DNA of 64,000 bases from a virus (lineage: Duplodnaviria; Caudoviricetes), in IMG/VR virus record IMGVR_UViG_3300042268_000564; one strand, 5' to 3'. Positions 8,998-18,998 of the stretch are shown one piece after another. Position numbers and translations under genes: made by a program. The stretch's first letter is position 1. Each line of letters starts with the position of its first letter. The notes under the pieces were generated by a model. The model was not told the DNA's origin. It ran no database searches and saw only the letters and a list, made by a program, of their open reading frames with translations.

Positions 8998-9436
8998 AAC
9001 AATGACTCAGAATTGGTGTCTTAATGTGACAAATGGTTTCAAAGAGTTTAAAGGTAAAGAATTTGACATGGTTCCTGTAAAGATTTTTTCTAATAATGGC
9101 AAAGAATTGGTCGCCGCTGGCGAAGCCGCACGCAGCGTTATTAATAACCCGCAAGCTTTTTTGCAGGATTTTTGCAAAGAGGTGCCAGAGGCTTCTAAGC
9201 TTGTTATAATGAATGTTTATTGTGAAACGCCATACACGCCTGATGATTTAGTGGTATTCTATCGGGACGATGATGGGCAATGGTGTTTGACGTGAGCAAA
9301 AAGAGATTTACAACTGTTATTCCACAGTATATCAATGATTATTTTGATTTACCTTACACGGACAGGCATTTAAAAGACGGTGAAGCAGTAGATACTACTG
9401 ATGGTTTAAAGATTATCAAGAAAGAGCAACAAGACG

Positions 9437-10216
9437 ATGACAGCGCAGATAAATGAAGGCATTTTAAGAATGACAATTCGCAAGGCTAATAAAGAGTATG
9501 CCTTGATTGATTATAAATGTGTTTTTATGTCCCACACGATTAATTCCGCTGATGGCGAATATGTCCCCTCTTATGAGGAAATTGTTGACGAGCGGATTGA
9601 TGAGGATATTTTCAAGCCTCTTTTAAGGGAAATAAAGACACGTAAGCATCATGTTTTGTTTGAAGTTGTGGGTGATGTGAGATTTGAGAATGGTAAATGT
9701 ATTTTTTCTTTGATATCCAAAAAAGAAATTGCTCAATGTGATAATCTTTATCATGATGCCAAGCATCTAGTCCGGGGCAAAAAAAATATTCAACATCGTA
9801 AATATCTCGAAGAGCTTGGTCAAGAGTTCTCAAACTTTGAAGAGAATTGGAACCCTCTTGATGTAAGAAATGGCAGGTGGGCTAAAGACCGTGCCTTATA
9901 TGGCTTTGATGAGAGAGAAACATGGGATTTGGGGCGCACGGTGAAGCGTAGGCTTTATGAGCGGCTTGTAATGTTTAAAGAAGTGGCCGGGAAAGTTATT
10001 AAACTTGATAGCAAAGAGGATTATGCATTGATTGAAGTTGGCGGCAAGAAGCTTACTTTAAAACAATGTCTGGATAGAATGATTCAGGGCTTAAAGCTTG
10101 ACATGACATTGGACGAGGATTTTGATAGCGTGAAGCGTTCTGACCCAAAAATAAAGAAAAAAATAGATGATGTATTCGTGATATTCAAAGAATGCTGTAA
10201 CGCTTTGTGGTGGTAG
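9437..10216 (+). CDS. hypothetical phage protein
   Basis: 259-aa ORF on the coding strand; GFDERETWDL motif. Confidence 0.65.
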   Translation: MTAQINEGILRMTIRKANKEYALIDYKCVFMSHTINSADGEYVPSYEEIVDERIDEDIFKPLLREIKTRKHHVLFEVVGDVRFENGKCIFSLISKKEIAQCDNLYHDAKHLVRGKKNIQHRKYLEELGQEFSNFEENWNPLDVRNGRWAKDRALYGFDERETWDLGRTVKRRLYERLVMFKEVAGKVIKLDSKEDYALIEVGGKKLTLKQCLDRMIQGLKLDMTLDEDFDSVKRSDPKIKKKIDDVFVIFKECCNALWW

Positions 10217-10226
10217 GAAGTCAATT

Positions 10227-10883
10227 ATGTTTTGGGATACAAAAAAAGATGTAAAATGCACTCACCCAAAATGGGAAGTGGTAAAAGAGATTGAATTGCC
10301 TTCGGTAGTAGAGCAGATGGGGCTTGATTCTTTGTCGCAAGAGGACAAGATGAAAATGCTGCAACAATTGCAGCCTCAAGATTTTAACAAGAAAAGTCTG
10401 ACAATAATGACCTGCCAATTTTGTGGGGAAACCAGAGAGGCCAGTGTCGAACAAAATTATTCAAAACGGGCGTGCCAGCACCAGTGGGAAATTAATGATG
10501 TGCATATTCCATCTAATTTTGAGATGCAGTGTGGTATTGACGCTACATTTGAACAAAGGCAGCGAGTTGCGTCAAAAATGGTCGCAGAGGACTTTGCGAA
10601 TGCCATAATAAGACGAACAACCTGCAAGCTTTGTGGTGAATATGATGAATCAAAGATTACAGTTATAAAAGATGGAAGTAGCGAGCGATGTGCTCACCAA
10701 TGGAAGGTTCTAATCGGTGATATGGTTGAGGCTGATACGGATAAGTTTACCGCTTATGGGAAGCAATATAAATTCATGGAAATCCGGCAACAAGTTATGT
10801 TAACATGTGAAATTTGCGGGATGATATCTCGGCAGGACATGTATTCTACACTTTCTTTGTATAAGGAAGTGCCTGTAAGATAA
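10227..10883 (+). CDS. protein with three C-x-H-x-W...C-x-x-CG zinc-ribbon repeats
   Basis: CTHPKW..CQFCG; CQHQW..CKLCG; CAHQW..CEICG. Confidence 0.7.
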   Translation: MFWDTKKDVKCTHPKWEVVKEIELPSVVEQMGLDSLSQEDKMKMLQQLQPQDFNKKSLTIMTCQFCGETREASVEQNYSKRACQHQWEINDVHIPSNFEMQCGIDATFEQRQRVASKMVAEDFANAIIRRTTCKLCGEYDESKITVIKDGSSERCAHQWKVLIGDMVEADTDKFTAYGKQYKFMEIRQQVMLTCEICGMISRQDMYSTLSLYKEVPVR

Positions 10884-10892
10884 TATAATGGC

Positions 10893-12062
10893 ATGGAATT
10901 CAAAACAAAACATGCTTATGTCTTATTTGGCAATGCTTTACAACGATTAAAAGAGATTCCTGACGAATCCGTACATTGCTGTGTCACAAGCCCCCCTTAT
11001 TATGGCTTGCGTTCATATTTGCCTGACGAACATCCTGACAAGGTGGATGAAATTGGGCTTGAACAATCACCAAAAGATTATATCAATAATTTGGTAATGA
11101 TTTTCAGGGAAATTAGACGTATTTTGCGACCCGACGGCTCGGTCTGGGTGAACATAGGTGACTGTTATGTAGCTGGGAAAGGGACAGCAAGCCCTACAAC
11201 TACAGATAGCAAAGCTTTGTTAAAAGAAATGAATGTAAAGCCGAAAGATTTGCTTGGAATCCCTTGGATGTTGGCTTTTGCCTTAAGAGATGATGGGTGG
11301 TATTTGCGTCAAGAAGTCATTTGGTCAAAGGTTTCTGCAATGCCTGAATCAGTGACTGATAGATTTACAAAAGCGCATGAACAAGTGTTTCTTTTGACAA
11401 AAAATGCGAAATATTTTTTTGATAATGAAGCGGTAAAAGAGAAGGCTGTATCGAATAAAAAAGGTTCCAGAGTATTTGGCTCAAAAGAACAAGTTGGAAC
11501 TTTAAGAAATGATATAGGCAGAGAATTTGTTGATAATGGCAAGAGGAATAAACGGTCAGTCTGGCATATTGCACCTGAATCGTATAGTGGGGCACATTTT
11601 GCTGTTATGCCAAAGAAATTAGTAGAGCCATGTATTCTTGCAGGCACGTCCGAAAAGGGATGTTGTTCTGTTTGCGGGAATCCTATTGTTAGACTTACAG
11701 AAAGACAAGTTGCAACATCAAAGTCTTGTCCTAAAACAGAAGAGGCACACAAGGCTAGAGGCGGTCAAGGTGAGCCTTCTGGTACCGTGGGGAAGTCGGG
11801 CAGTGGAAGGGTTGACGGTTATACTATAACGGTTGGATGGGAGCCAACATGTAGTTGTGGCAAAGGAATTTCGCCATGCAAAGTAATAGACCCATTCGCT
11901 GGCTCTGGAACTGTTGGCGAGGTTGCCTTGAAGTTTGGACGTGATTTTGTCGGCATTGAGCTTAATGGTGAGTATTATTCTTTAATAGAGAAGAGATTGC
12001 AAGAGGCAGAGCTTGTGGCAAGCATGAAAACAGTGAGCTACGAAGAATTGGAAATGGAATGA
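10893..12062 (+). CDS. DNA methyltransferase, beta class; ends YEELEME*
   Basis: CVTSPPY, HFAVMP and DPFAGSGT motifs; paralog of 1607-2797. Confidence 0.93.
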   Translation: MEFKTKHAYVLFGNALQRLKEIPDESVHCCVTSPPYYGLRSYLPDEHPDKVDEIGLEQSPKDYINNLVMIFREIRRILRPDGSVWVNIGDCYVAGKGTASPTTTDSKALLKEMNVKPKDLLGIPWMLAFALRDDGWYLRQEVIWSKVSAMPESVTDRFTKAHEQVFLLTKNAKYFFDNEAVKEKAVSNKKGSRVFGSKEQVGTLRNDIGREFVDNGKRNKRSVWHIAPESYSGAHFAVMPKKLVEPCILAGTSEKGCCSVCGNPIVRLTERQVATSKSCPKTEEAHKARGGQGEPSGTVGKSGSGRVDGYTITVGWEPTCSCGKGISPCKVIDPFAGSGTVGEVALKFGRDFVGIELNGEYYSLIEKRLQEAELVASMKTVSYEELEME

Positions 12063-12397
12063 AATTCTCAGTTAAAAAATCAGTCAAAAAACGTACGGGT
12101 GTTTATCAAATAAAGAATCTTAAAACAAATGAGATTTATATTGGTAGCACTGGCAATAGTTTTTATCAGCGATATCATCAGCACATGTGCGATTATCGAA
12201 CCAGACGCAGAAAGACAAAAAAGCTTTTTGATGCTTTTGATGAGTATGGGATAGAGAATTTTGAATTTAAAGTTATTTGTTTGTGTAAAAAAGAATATTG
12301 TGTAACGGCAGAACAATTTTTTCTTGATAGAGGCACAGATTACAATATTATGCCTCAAGCGGGAAATTTTGCTGATTTTTATGGCAGTTCGAAATAG
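12059..12397 (+). CDS. GIY-YIG endonuclease (catalytic domain only)
   Basis: GVYQIKNLKTNEIYIGST...RYHQH...EQFF...YN; lacks a C-terminal DNA-binding region. Confidence 0.85.
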   Translation: MKFSVKKSVKKRTGVYQIKNLKTNEIYIGSTGNSFYQRYHQHMCDYRTRRRKTKKLFDAFDEYGIENFEFKVICLCKKEYCVTAEQFFLDRGTDYNIMPQAGNFADFYGSSK

Positions 12398-12462
12398 ACG
12401 TGCTCTCCCGTTGAGAAAGTATTAAATAGCAGCTTTTAAATCCCACAAGGAGGTCTATCTAT

Positions 12463-14133
12463 ATGGCTGGTCCTGTAAGAATTACTTTTTTTGATTATAC
12501 TGATTCTCAAAATCCCGAACAATGTTTTGAGATTTCAGGCCCCAATGGTTATTTCGTTCCCGACGCTAATGGAAAGCAAGCGATTCTTTATCTTTCTATC
12601 TACAAAGCATTGCCAAGCAATCTTGCCAATTTGCAAGTTGAGCAGTCTGGTATTATGGATGACATTGTAAATGTGCAGGGTGGGAATGACCAGACAGTCG
12701 GCGATTATTATTACGACAGTTATGCTTATACTGAAGGTTATGGAGCATCAAATACTGTTTCATTTCCGCAGGCATTACTTGTTTTAAAGACAGGTAGAAG
12801 CCCATTAGATGAACCTGTATTGGCAGATGCAATTCCTCATATAAACAATATTATTTCGTCAGATGGCTTTATATATATGGCTCCGCTGTATTTTGAGACT
12901 GTGGCAGTTGAGGAACCCACAGAAATCAGAGTTCTGATGAGCGGAGACAGTATTTTGGGTGATGATTTTGGATTCCTAGCGTCTTATACACCTGAAGCAG
13001 TGTCAGAAGAGCCGGGTGATTTTACTGTTGAAGAGGTAGCATATTTTGACGATGGCCCAACTTGTTTAGAACCTGAAAATGCTAATGTTCTTGTAGGGCT
13101 GTACACGCCTGAAATGGTTAACGGCGAAGTTGATGTTAATGGGGTCATGGTATATGACGGTGCAAATATTTCTCAACTTGGTACTGGTTTGGTAGAGGAC
13201 GGGTCTGGAAATTGTGCCGTGTGGGGAATTAATTATAATACAACAACTAATAAAACCCTTATCGTTGGCGACTTCGGTGGCGCAAGTGGTGTTGCAAGTG
13301 AAGACGTTATTGTGTGGAATGGAAATACTTCTCAATATGAAGCAGTAACTATTAATGGACTTCCCGGTATTCCTTATGCGTTCCAATATGTATCTATAGA
13401 GCATGGGGTTCTTGCCTGTGAGTTTGGTACTAATGGCGAGGCTGTTTTGGAATGGGACGGTAACAATACTCTATCAATGGTAGGGGATGCTGTTTATGGA
13501 TTAAATATCAATTGTGTGGCAAAAGATTTGGCGACAAATGATTACTACATACTGTTGAATCAAAATACCATTATGAAATGGGATGCCGCTAGAGGCTGGG
13601 AAACTATCTTTAATACGGGAGACGGTGATTTTTATGGCATGACAATTTATAATAGGGTGCTGTATGCCTGTGGTGACGGGCTTGTTGAGACAGGCTACAA
13701 CTCTATTAATGATGAGGACGTGCTTGGATTAGCTGGACTTTTGCGAATAGACTTAGCTAGTGGCGACATGGCGTCTTTTGGCGAGATGTTTGCCGATTTT
13801 GGATATGGAAACGAAGCATATGGAAACCGTATGCGAGTGACTGAAGATGGCGTTCTTTATCTGGCAGGTAGTTTCTCTGAAATATCTCACAATGGAATTA
13901 CTGTAGTGAGTGGCTCTTTGCAAAAGTATGACATAGCGAATGATACATGGTCAGAAGTTGTGGGTGCTGGCATGTCAAATGATTATGATTACTGTCCTGA
14001 CGTTATTGACGTGGCGTTTGTGGGAAATGATGTGTATTTCTCTGTGTGGGATGTTGGTTATATTGATGGCGTGGCTACGGAATATGGTGCAGACTACGCT
14101 TCTCTGCTTATCAGACTAGCAAACGCATTATAA
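12463..14133 (+). CDS. acidic beta-propeller-like protein, probable virion accessory/receptor-binding
   Basis: Repeated LIVGDF / LYACGD / LYLAGSF strands and VWNG / EWDG / KWDA turns; AGGAGG SD. Confidence 0.6.
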   Translation: MAGPVRITFFDYTDSQNPEQCFEISGPNGYFVPDANGKQAILYLSIYKALPSNLANLQVEQSGIMDDIVNVQGGNDQTVGDYYYDSYAYTEGYGASNTVSFPQALLVLKTGRSPLDEPVLADAIPHINNIISSDGFIYMAPLYFETVAVEEPTEIRVLMSGDSILGDDFGFLASYTPEAVSEEPGDFTVEEVAYFDDGPTCLEPENANVLVGLYTPEMVNGEVDVNGVMVYDGANISQLGTGLVEDGSGNCAVWGINYNTTTNKTLIVGDFGGASGVASEDVIVWNGNTSQYEAVTINGLPGIPYAFQYVSIEHGVLACEFGTNGEAVLEWDGNNTLSMVGDAVYGLNINCVAKDLATNDYYILLNQNTIMKWDAARGWETIFNTGDGDFYGMTIYNRVLYACGDGLVETGYNSINDEDVLGLAGLLRIDLASGDMASFGEMFADFGYGNEAYGNRMRVTEDGVLYLAGSFSEISHNGITVVSGSLQKYDIANDTWSEVVGAGMSNDYDYCPDVIDVAFVGNDVYFSVWDVGYIDGVATEYGADYASLLIRLANAL

Positions 14134-14143
14134 GGAGGTAGAT

Positions 14144-14413
14144 ATGAATATTCAAGAAATAAGAACTGTAATGTTCGACAAAGTTAATGCACTTTTGGTT
14201 GACGACTCGATAAAAGCAAAAATGCATCTAACAGTTACAGGGGTGTGTGAAAAAATGGCTGGACTTGATTTTGAAGCAACGTCTGTATCTTATAACGGGA
14301 AAAGTGCGATAAAAATTACTTTCTCTACCAGTTTCGTGAAAGTAATTCAAGTTCTCGCAAAAAAGATTAAGCTTATTTCAGCTCTCGAAGGAAATAATCT
14401 TTACATTTTTTAA
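14144..14413 (+). CDS. hypothetical protein
   Basis: AAGGAGGT SD; followed by a terminator. Confidence 0.6.
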   Translation: MNIQEIRTVMFDKVNALLVDDSIKAKMHLTVTGVCEKMAGLDFEATSVSYNGKSAIKITFSTSFVKVIQVLAKKIKLISALEGNNLYIF

Positions 14414-14434
14414 GCTTAAAAATGTGCCTTTTTG

Positions 14435-14474
14435 ACAAAGCCCTGACGGGCACCCGTCAGGGCTTTGTTTTTTT
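14435..14474 (+). terminator. rho-independent terminator
   Basis: ACAAAGCCCTGACGGG-ca-CCCGTCAGGGCTTTGT followed by a T run. Confidence 0.85.
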
Positions 14475-14618
14475 AAAGTATTTAATAAGCCGTCAAGAAA
14501 TTTATGTTTTTCTTAATGAGATATCTTGCGACGACCTGAAATTTTGGATTGGCTTAAAAATGTTTCGTTAAGGCAATATATTATTGCCTTAAAATTTAAA
14601 AAAACAGGAGAAAATGAA

Positions 14619-14885
14619 ATGGCAAGCAGTGATGTTCTAAGTTTCAAAAACGCAATGCTGGCGAAAGCCAGTAGCTTGTACTCCGGCGCAAGACTGGCAA
14701 GCAAAACAAAAATAATTGATGATGCTTGTTCTTATCTTGGCGAAAAAGACGCAGACAATGCCGTTACTTTTGGTAGCGGGATAATTGATTTCGACAATAG
14801 ACCCAGTATGAGTTTGTTTGTTCGAGGTCTTGGCGACATTCTTAACGTGAGTAGCGTACAGTTAAGAGTATCTATCAAGGAGTAA
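14619..14885 (+). CDS. hypothetical protein
   Basis: AGGAG SD before ATG 14619. Confidence 0.55.
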   Translation: MASSDVLSFKNAMLAKASSLYSGARLASKTKIIDDACSYLGEKDADNAVTFGSGIIDFDNRPSMSLFVRGLGDILNVSSVQLRVSIKE

Positions 14886-14891
14886 AACAAA

Positions 14892-16118
14892 ATGGCTGAA
14901 ATTTATGTAGACGAAAACGGGTATATTGTTAATGTTGGTGGCGGATTAGTGGAGAGTGCCGCAGCAGCACCCAGCCAGCCAGTTGGCGAAGGTGTGGCGG
15001 TTGGTTTTTCTATGCTGGATAATTCCGAAGATGATGCAATTGCTCACATCCTTAAAACTACTCTTGACGGAACTAAGATGATTACTTGTGTTGAAAGCTC
15101 AGACGCTTCTCAAGCATTGGGCTTCTGGAATCCTGATACTGATACCTTCACGTCTATGGCGGGTGGACATGCTGACCCTTGGGTTTGGGTATGGGATGTT
15201 GCTGAAGACGCAGATAAAATATATCTTTTTGGCTATGTGTGGAGCTTGATACCTCTTGGTGGCGGCACGCCGATAGAGTGCGATGGTATCGCCGTTTACG
15301 ACAAAGCGACAAACGATTGGGATGCAGTTCAGCCAATGGGTGTTAATGCAAACTTATATCATGGGCAATATATTTTTGTGAACGAAAACGGAATCAAAAG
15401 AGTGTATTTTCCAGAAGTCAACCCTGATAATCAACAGCCTGACTATTTGGCTTATTGGGACTTTAACACTGGCACAAGAGGTTACGCTACTGGCACTAGC
15501 ACAGTATTCGGTGATTCAATTGTTAAGTCTGGTGATTATATCTATGGTTATTACTCAAATGTCAGCATAGGCAATACTTTTACAGGCAACGTGTATAAGT
15601 ATGACATAATCAATGATACAATATCGCTTGATGGAAATGTGCCGCCGCTCGTGTCGCCATATACGACTGAGACAGGCTGGAAACGTCCACCAAATGGCGG
15701 CAGAATCAATTTTGCCCACAATGGACAAATTTGTTTTGCGAACATAGTAAATATGAGCGACCCGTCTGGCAACTACGTGACAAATCCTTGGACGTGGGAT
15801 TCAGAGAATCATATATATGGTGGATTTCTTGGCGTCGACTCTACTCATCCATACGGATGGCTTCTTGACGGGGGGAGCGGCCTAAGTGATATCTTGACAT
15901 TTTCCGTCGATAGCCAACCACTTATATCAAGTAATAATAATCTTAATGTGTATAAACTGGTAGAAGGTGAATGGACGAAAGCCCTCAATGACGATTTTGA
16001 CCCTGACTGGTTCTGGGGCATTTACGGAGCAACAAAATTTGGGCAAGACTATTATTTTGCTGGCTATATCTATCGTTATAAAGGACAGGTAGCTAATGTT
16101 GTAAAAGTGAAAATATAA
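14892..16118 (+). CDS. beta-propeller-like protein, probable virion accessory
   Basis: Aromatic/Gly/Asp-rich beta repeats (IYLFGY, IAVYD...W, YKYD, YYFAG). Confidence 0.55.
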   Translation: MAEIYVDENGYIVNVGGGLVESAAAAPSQPVGEGVAVGFSMLDNSEDDAIAHILKTTLDGTKMITCVESSDASQALGFWNPDTDTFTSMAGGHADPWVWVWDVAEDADKIYLFGYVWSLIPLGGGTPIECDGIAVYDKATNDWDAVQPMGVNANLYHGQYIFVNENGIKRVYFPEVNPDNQQPDYLAYWDFNTGTRGYATGTSTVFGDSIVKSGDYIYGYYSNVSIGNTFTGNVYKYDIINDTISLDGNVPPLVSPYTTETGWKRPPNGGRINFAHNGQICFANIVNMSDPSGNYVTNPWTWDSENHIYGGFLGVDSTHPYGWLLDGGSGLSDILTFSVDSQPLISSNNNLNVYKLVEGEWTKALNDDFDPDWFWGIYGATKFGQDYYFAGYIYRYKGQVANVVKVKI

Positions 16119-16142
16119 AAATATTATTTACAGTGAATCAAT

Positions 16143-16172
16143 GAGAGAGGGGAATACCTCCCCTCTCTTTTT
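16143..16172 (+). terminator. rho-independent terminator
   Basis: GAGAGAGGGGA-atacc-TCCCCTCTCTTTTT. Confidence 0.75.
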
Positions 16173-16174
16173 AT

Positions 16175-16202
16175 TTGACAATTTCCTTTTGCTCTATACA
16201 AT
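16175..16202 (+). promoter_or_regulatory. sigma70-type promoter, 16-bp spacer
   Basis: TTGACA-N16-TACAAT upstream of kptA. Confidence 0.7.
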
Positions 16203-16220
16203 ATATGCAAAGGAAAAAAT

Positions 16221-16760
16221 ATGCAAAGCGATAAAAATTTAAGTAAATATCTGAGTCTTATACTTCGACACGCACCTGAGCAAATCGGGTTAAACCTTGA
16301 TTCAGAGGGTTGGGGCAACGTTGATTTTATTGTGGGGAAAGTTGTTGGGCTTACCAGAGAGCGGTTGGAAAAGATAGTGGCAGAGGATAATAAGCAACGT
16401 TATTCTTTTAATAAAGACCGTACAATGATTCGAGCCAATCAAGGGCATAGTGTTGCTGTTGACTTGAAGCTGGAACCAGTTGAACCGCCAGTGTGGCTTT
16501 TTCATGGCACTGCCGCAAGAAATGTTAAGAACATCGTTACGCATGGACTCAAGAAAATGAGTCGCCAACATGTTCATTTAAGTGCGGACGAAGAAACAGC
16601 CTACAAAGTGGGTGCAAGACATGGAAATCCTGTTGTATTTCACATTCCTGCAAAAGTGATGCACATGCAGGGACATAAATTTTATTTGTCGAAAAATGGC
16701 GTCTGGCTGGCAGAATCAATCCCGTCAGAATATTTGCAGAAAATAGTTTATTCGATTTAG
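16221..16760 (+). CDS. kptA: RNA 2'-phosphotransferase (KptA/Tpt1)
   Basis: LSKYLSLILRH, KQRY, RANQGHS, LFHGT, SRQHVHLS, NGVWL. Confidence 0.95.
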   Translation: MQSDKNLSKYLSLILRHAPEQIGLNLDSEGWGNVDFIVGKVVGLTRERLEKIVAEDNKQRYSFNKDRTMIRANQGHSVAVDLKLEPVEPPVWLFHGTAARNVKNIVTHGLKKMSRQHVHLSADEETAYKVGARHGNPVVFHIPAKVMHMQGHKFYLSKNGVWLAESIPSEYLQKIVYSI

Positions 16761-16766
16761 GAGGGT

Positions 16767-17138
16767 TTGATGGCAGATTCTGATTTTGTTAGAGAATTTA
16801 ATTATCGTCTTGTCAAAGCTTGTGATTGTCAATTTACGCCAGAGTACATAGACGAATATGGCACTTGTATGACAGGTAACGATGGTGTGCTATATTGCAT
16901 AAAGTGTGATAAGGCTTGGAAGAAAGAGTCTATCCCTGATGTTAAAGCGAATATAGATGATTTTATTGCTGGCAAACAGTATGATAAAGTTAAAGATAGG
17001 TTTATTGACGCTTTGCAGGATAATTTTCTGGTGGATATAAAAATGCGGCCTCTCAGGGAAGTAAATAATCTTGTAGAAACAAATATTGATGCTTTCGCCA
17101 AAAGGATAATAAAAGATTATTGTGAGGCAAATAAATGA
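16767..17138 (+). CDS. hypothetical Cys-containing protein
   Basis: Operon position; AGGAGG SD. Confidence 0.55.
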   Translation: MMADSDFVREFNYRLVKACDCQFTPEYIDEYGTCMTGNDGVLYCIKCDKAWKKESIPDVKANIDDFIAGKQYDKVKDRFIDALQDNFLVDIKMRPLREVNNLVETNIDAFAKRIIKDYCEANK

Positions 17139-17680
17139 GCGAAACAAAGCGACCTGTTATTTTAATCCATGAATCTTTTTTTGGGGCTGACCGCTCACAT
17201 CCTTACACAATTTCATCTTTTATTCGAGAACTGCAATCTGTTGCTTCCTTATTCATCATTATTGTTGGTGAGGGATTTGGGAAGAGCGAGGTAGAATCTG
17301 CTTTTCATCGAGATTCTAAATGTTTATACAGAATAAGTCACGTCAAAGAATCAAGTTTTGATTTGAGACCAGAATTTGTCGAGTATTTTTCAAAGGCTTC
17401 TAATATTAATTTTTCCCGTTACATGACAGTTACAACCAAAAGAACTGCTGGAACAAAGAATAATATCGTATTGCCGATTAAAGCTACGGATGCGCAGGTT
17501 ACAAAATTCATAAAAAGAATTTTGAAATTTTACAACATTCTATTCAAGACGAAAGATTGTTCTGAGTGCTTAGGTACTGGCAAGCAAATTGAATATGACG
17601 CTTGTGGCTGCGAAGATACTAAATACACCTGCAATAGTTGCGGCGGACAAGGAAAGGTGGCTTACTATGAGCTTGCTTGA
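17135..17680 (+). CDS. protein with C-terminal DnaJ-type zinc finger
   Basis: CSECLGTG...CNSCGGQG. Confidence 0.65.
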   Translation: MSETKRPVILIHESFFGADRSHPYTISSFIRELQSVASLFIIIVGEGFGKSEVESAFHRDSKCLYRISHVKESSFDLRPEFVEYFSKASNINFSRYMTVTTKRTAGTKNNIVLPIKATDAQVTKFIKRILKFYNILFKTKDCSECLGTGKQIEYDACGCEDTKYTCNSCGGQGKVAYYELA

Positions 17681-18062
17681 TAAAGCCAAATATTACAGCT
17701 TAATAGAAACAATTAAAGCTGGCGATGCAGCAAGAAAAGAATTTGAAGAGCTTGTAGTGGAAAAGGCTGACCAAGCCTATCTTGTAAATGGTTGTTCTGA
17801 TTCTTTCAGTTTGCACGAATTTAACTTTTCCCAACAAGATGATGTTTGGCGAGTTCAGTTCACTTATTCAATAAGTGGTGGGGACTATGATTCGATTTCA
17901 TTTACTGTCGATGAATTTTTTGATACAGATTTTTCCGAAAAAGCTGAAAAACGTTTACAGGAAATAAATAGACGAGACGAAAAGCTAAGACTCCTTCGAG
18001 AAGCAGCGGAACGAGCACAACTTGCAAAGTTAAAGGCGAAATATGAGCAGAAAGCCGACTGA
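17667..18062 (+). CDS. hypothetical protein
   Basis: Overlapping ORF on the coding strand. Confidence 0.6.
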   Translation: MSLLDKAKYYSLIETIKAGDAARKEFEELVVEKADQAYLVNGCSDSFSLHEFNFSQQDDVWRVQFTYSISGGDYDSISFTVDEFFDTDFSEKAEKRLQEINRRDEKLRLLREAAERAQLAKLKAKYEQKAD

Positions 18063-18321
18063 GTTTTTTCAGGATAAATTTTATGCCCCAATGCTGTTTG
18101 CTAGTGTCAGAGAAGTTAAACGGGCAAAAAGCAAGCGTAAGCGGCAATGTTTTAAATGTGGCGACTATATCCAGAAGGATGAGGTCTATGTGATTCATCA
18201 ATACCGATATGATAAAACCATTTTAGCTGCATATTTTCATGATGATTGTTACCATGAGGTTGTTGTAGCCAGCCCCGTAGAAGACAATAAGCAGATTGAA
18301 CAAATTGTCTTGACAATGTGA
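18043..18321 (+). CDS. small zinc-finger protein
   Basis: CFKCG...HDDC; similar to 43451-43639. Confidence 0.55.
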   Translation: MSRKPTEFFQDKFYAPMLFASVREVKRAKSKRKRQCFKCGDYIQKDEVYVIHQYRYDKTILAAYFHDDCYHEVVVASPVEDNKQIEQIVLTM

Positions 18322-18337
18322 AGCCTCTATTTATAAT
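18310..18337 (+). promoter_or_regulatory. sigma70-type promoter, 16-bp spacer
   Basis: TTGACA-N16-TATAAT. Confidence 0.8.
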
Positions 18338-18348
18338 AAAGATACGAG

Positions 18349-18690
18349 GTGAAATACATGGAATTTCTATCGGCAATGTCGAATGCAGAGAATGTTGTAA
18401 AGAATAAGAATCAAATTCTTAAGGCAATGATGCTGTTTGACCGACACGTTCAGGACGACTTGAAAGCGTCAGCAAAAATAAATGGTGTTGTTGCCTTTTT
18501 AAACTGCCGTGACAATGTTTTAACGCTTGGTGTTGAGGCTACAACCCTTGTGGGGCTTAACGAGTTTCTAGTGATTGACGTAAACATTGTAGCCACGGAG
18601 AGCGAAGCCAAGAACAACGAAATGGCAGATGGAACTCCTGTAAGGAAATACATTAATGCTGGTGGAGGAGCTTGGTGGAAAAGACGATGA
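18349..18690 (+). CDS. hypothetical protein
   Basis: Follows a promoter; start codon uncertain. Confidence 0.55.
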   Translation: MKYMEFLSAMSNAENVVKNKNQILKAMMLFDRHVQDDLKASAKINGVVAFLNCRDNVLTLGVEATTLVGLNEFLVIDVNIVATESEAKNNEMADGTPVRKYINAGGGAWWKRR

Positions 18691-18998
18691 AGCCCACGCC
18701 AGAAGAAAATTACTTGCTTGAGGCAATATTTGCTGCGAGGCAGGTACAAGACTTTCTTTGGGGCAAACATAATAAAGCTTGGACACTCGAAGAATGGAAA
18801 AGGATGTTTCGCAAACGATGGGTAAAGATAGATGACATTGATGAGTCTAACCCTCATTGCTTGATAGAACTTAAAAAACGTGTCTTGCAAAATGCAGCCT
18901 TGAGCATAGCCTTACTCTCAGCGATTGAGAATGGTCTACCCCAAGATTGTGACGTGCCAACAAATTTGGCTGAATATTCGGAAAGGACGGATGAATAA
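18687..18998 (+). CDS. helical protein, possibly MazG-like
   Basis: WG...W...ELKKRVLQNAALSIALL resembles all-alpha NTP-pyrophosphatase-like phage proteins; weak. Confidence 0.4.
   Translation: MKPTPEENYLLEAIFAARQVQDFLWGKHNKAWTLEEWKRMFRKRWVKIDDIDESNPHCLIELKKRVLQNAALSIALLSAIENGLPQDCDVPTNLAEYSERTDE

Noticed and set aside
12059-12440. Stop-codon reassignment suggested by the short GIY-YIG ending in TAG
   Set aside because: Read-through hits TAA within about 14 codons, and conserved genes are intact under the standard code with all three stops used.
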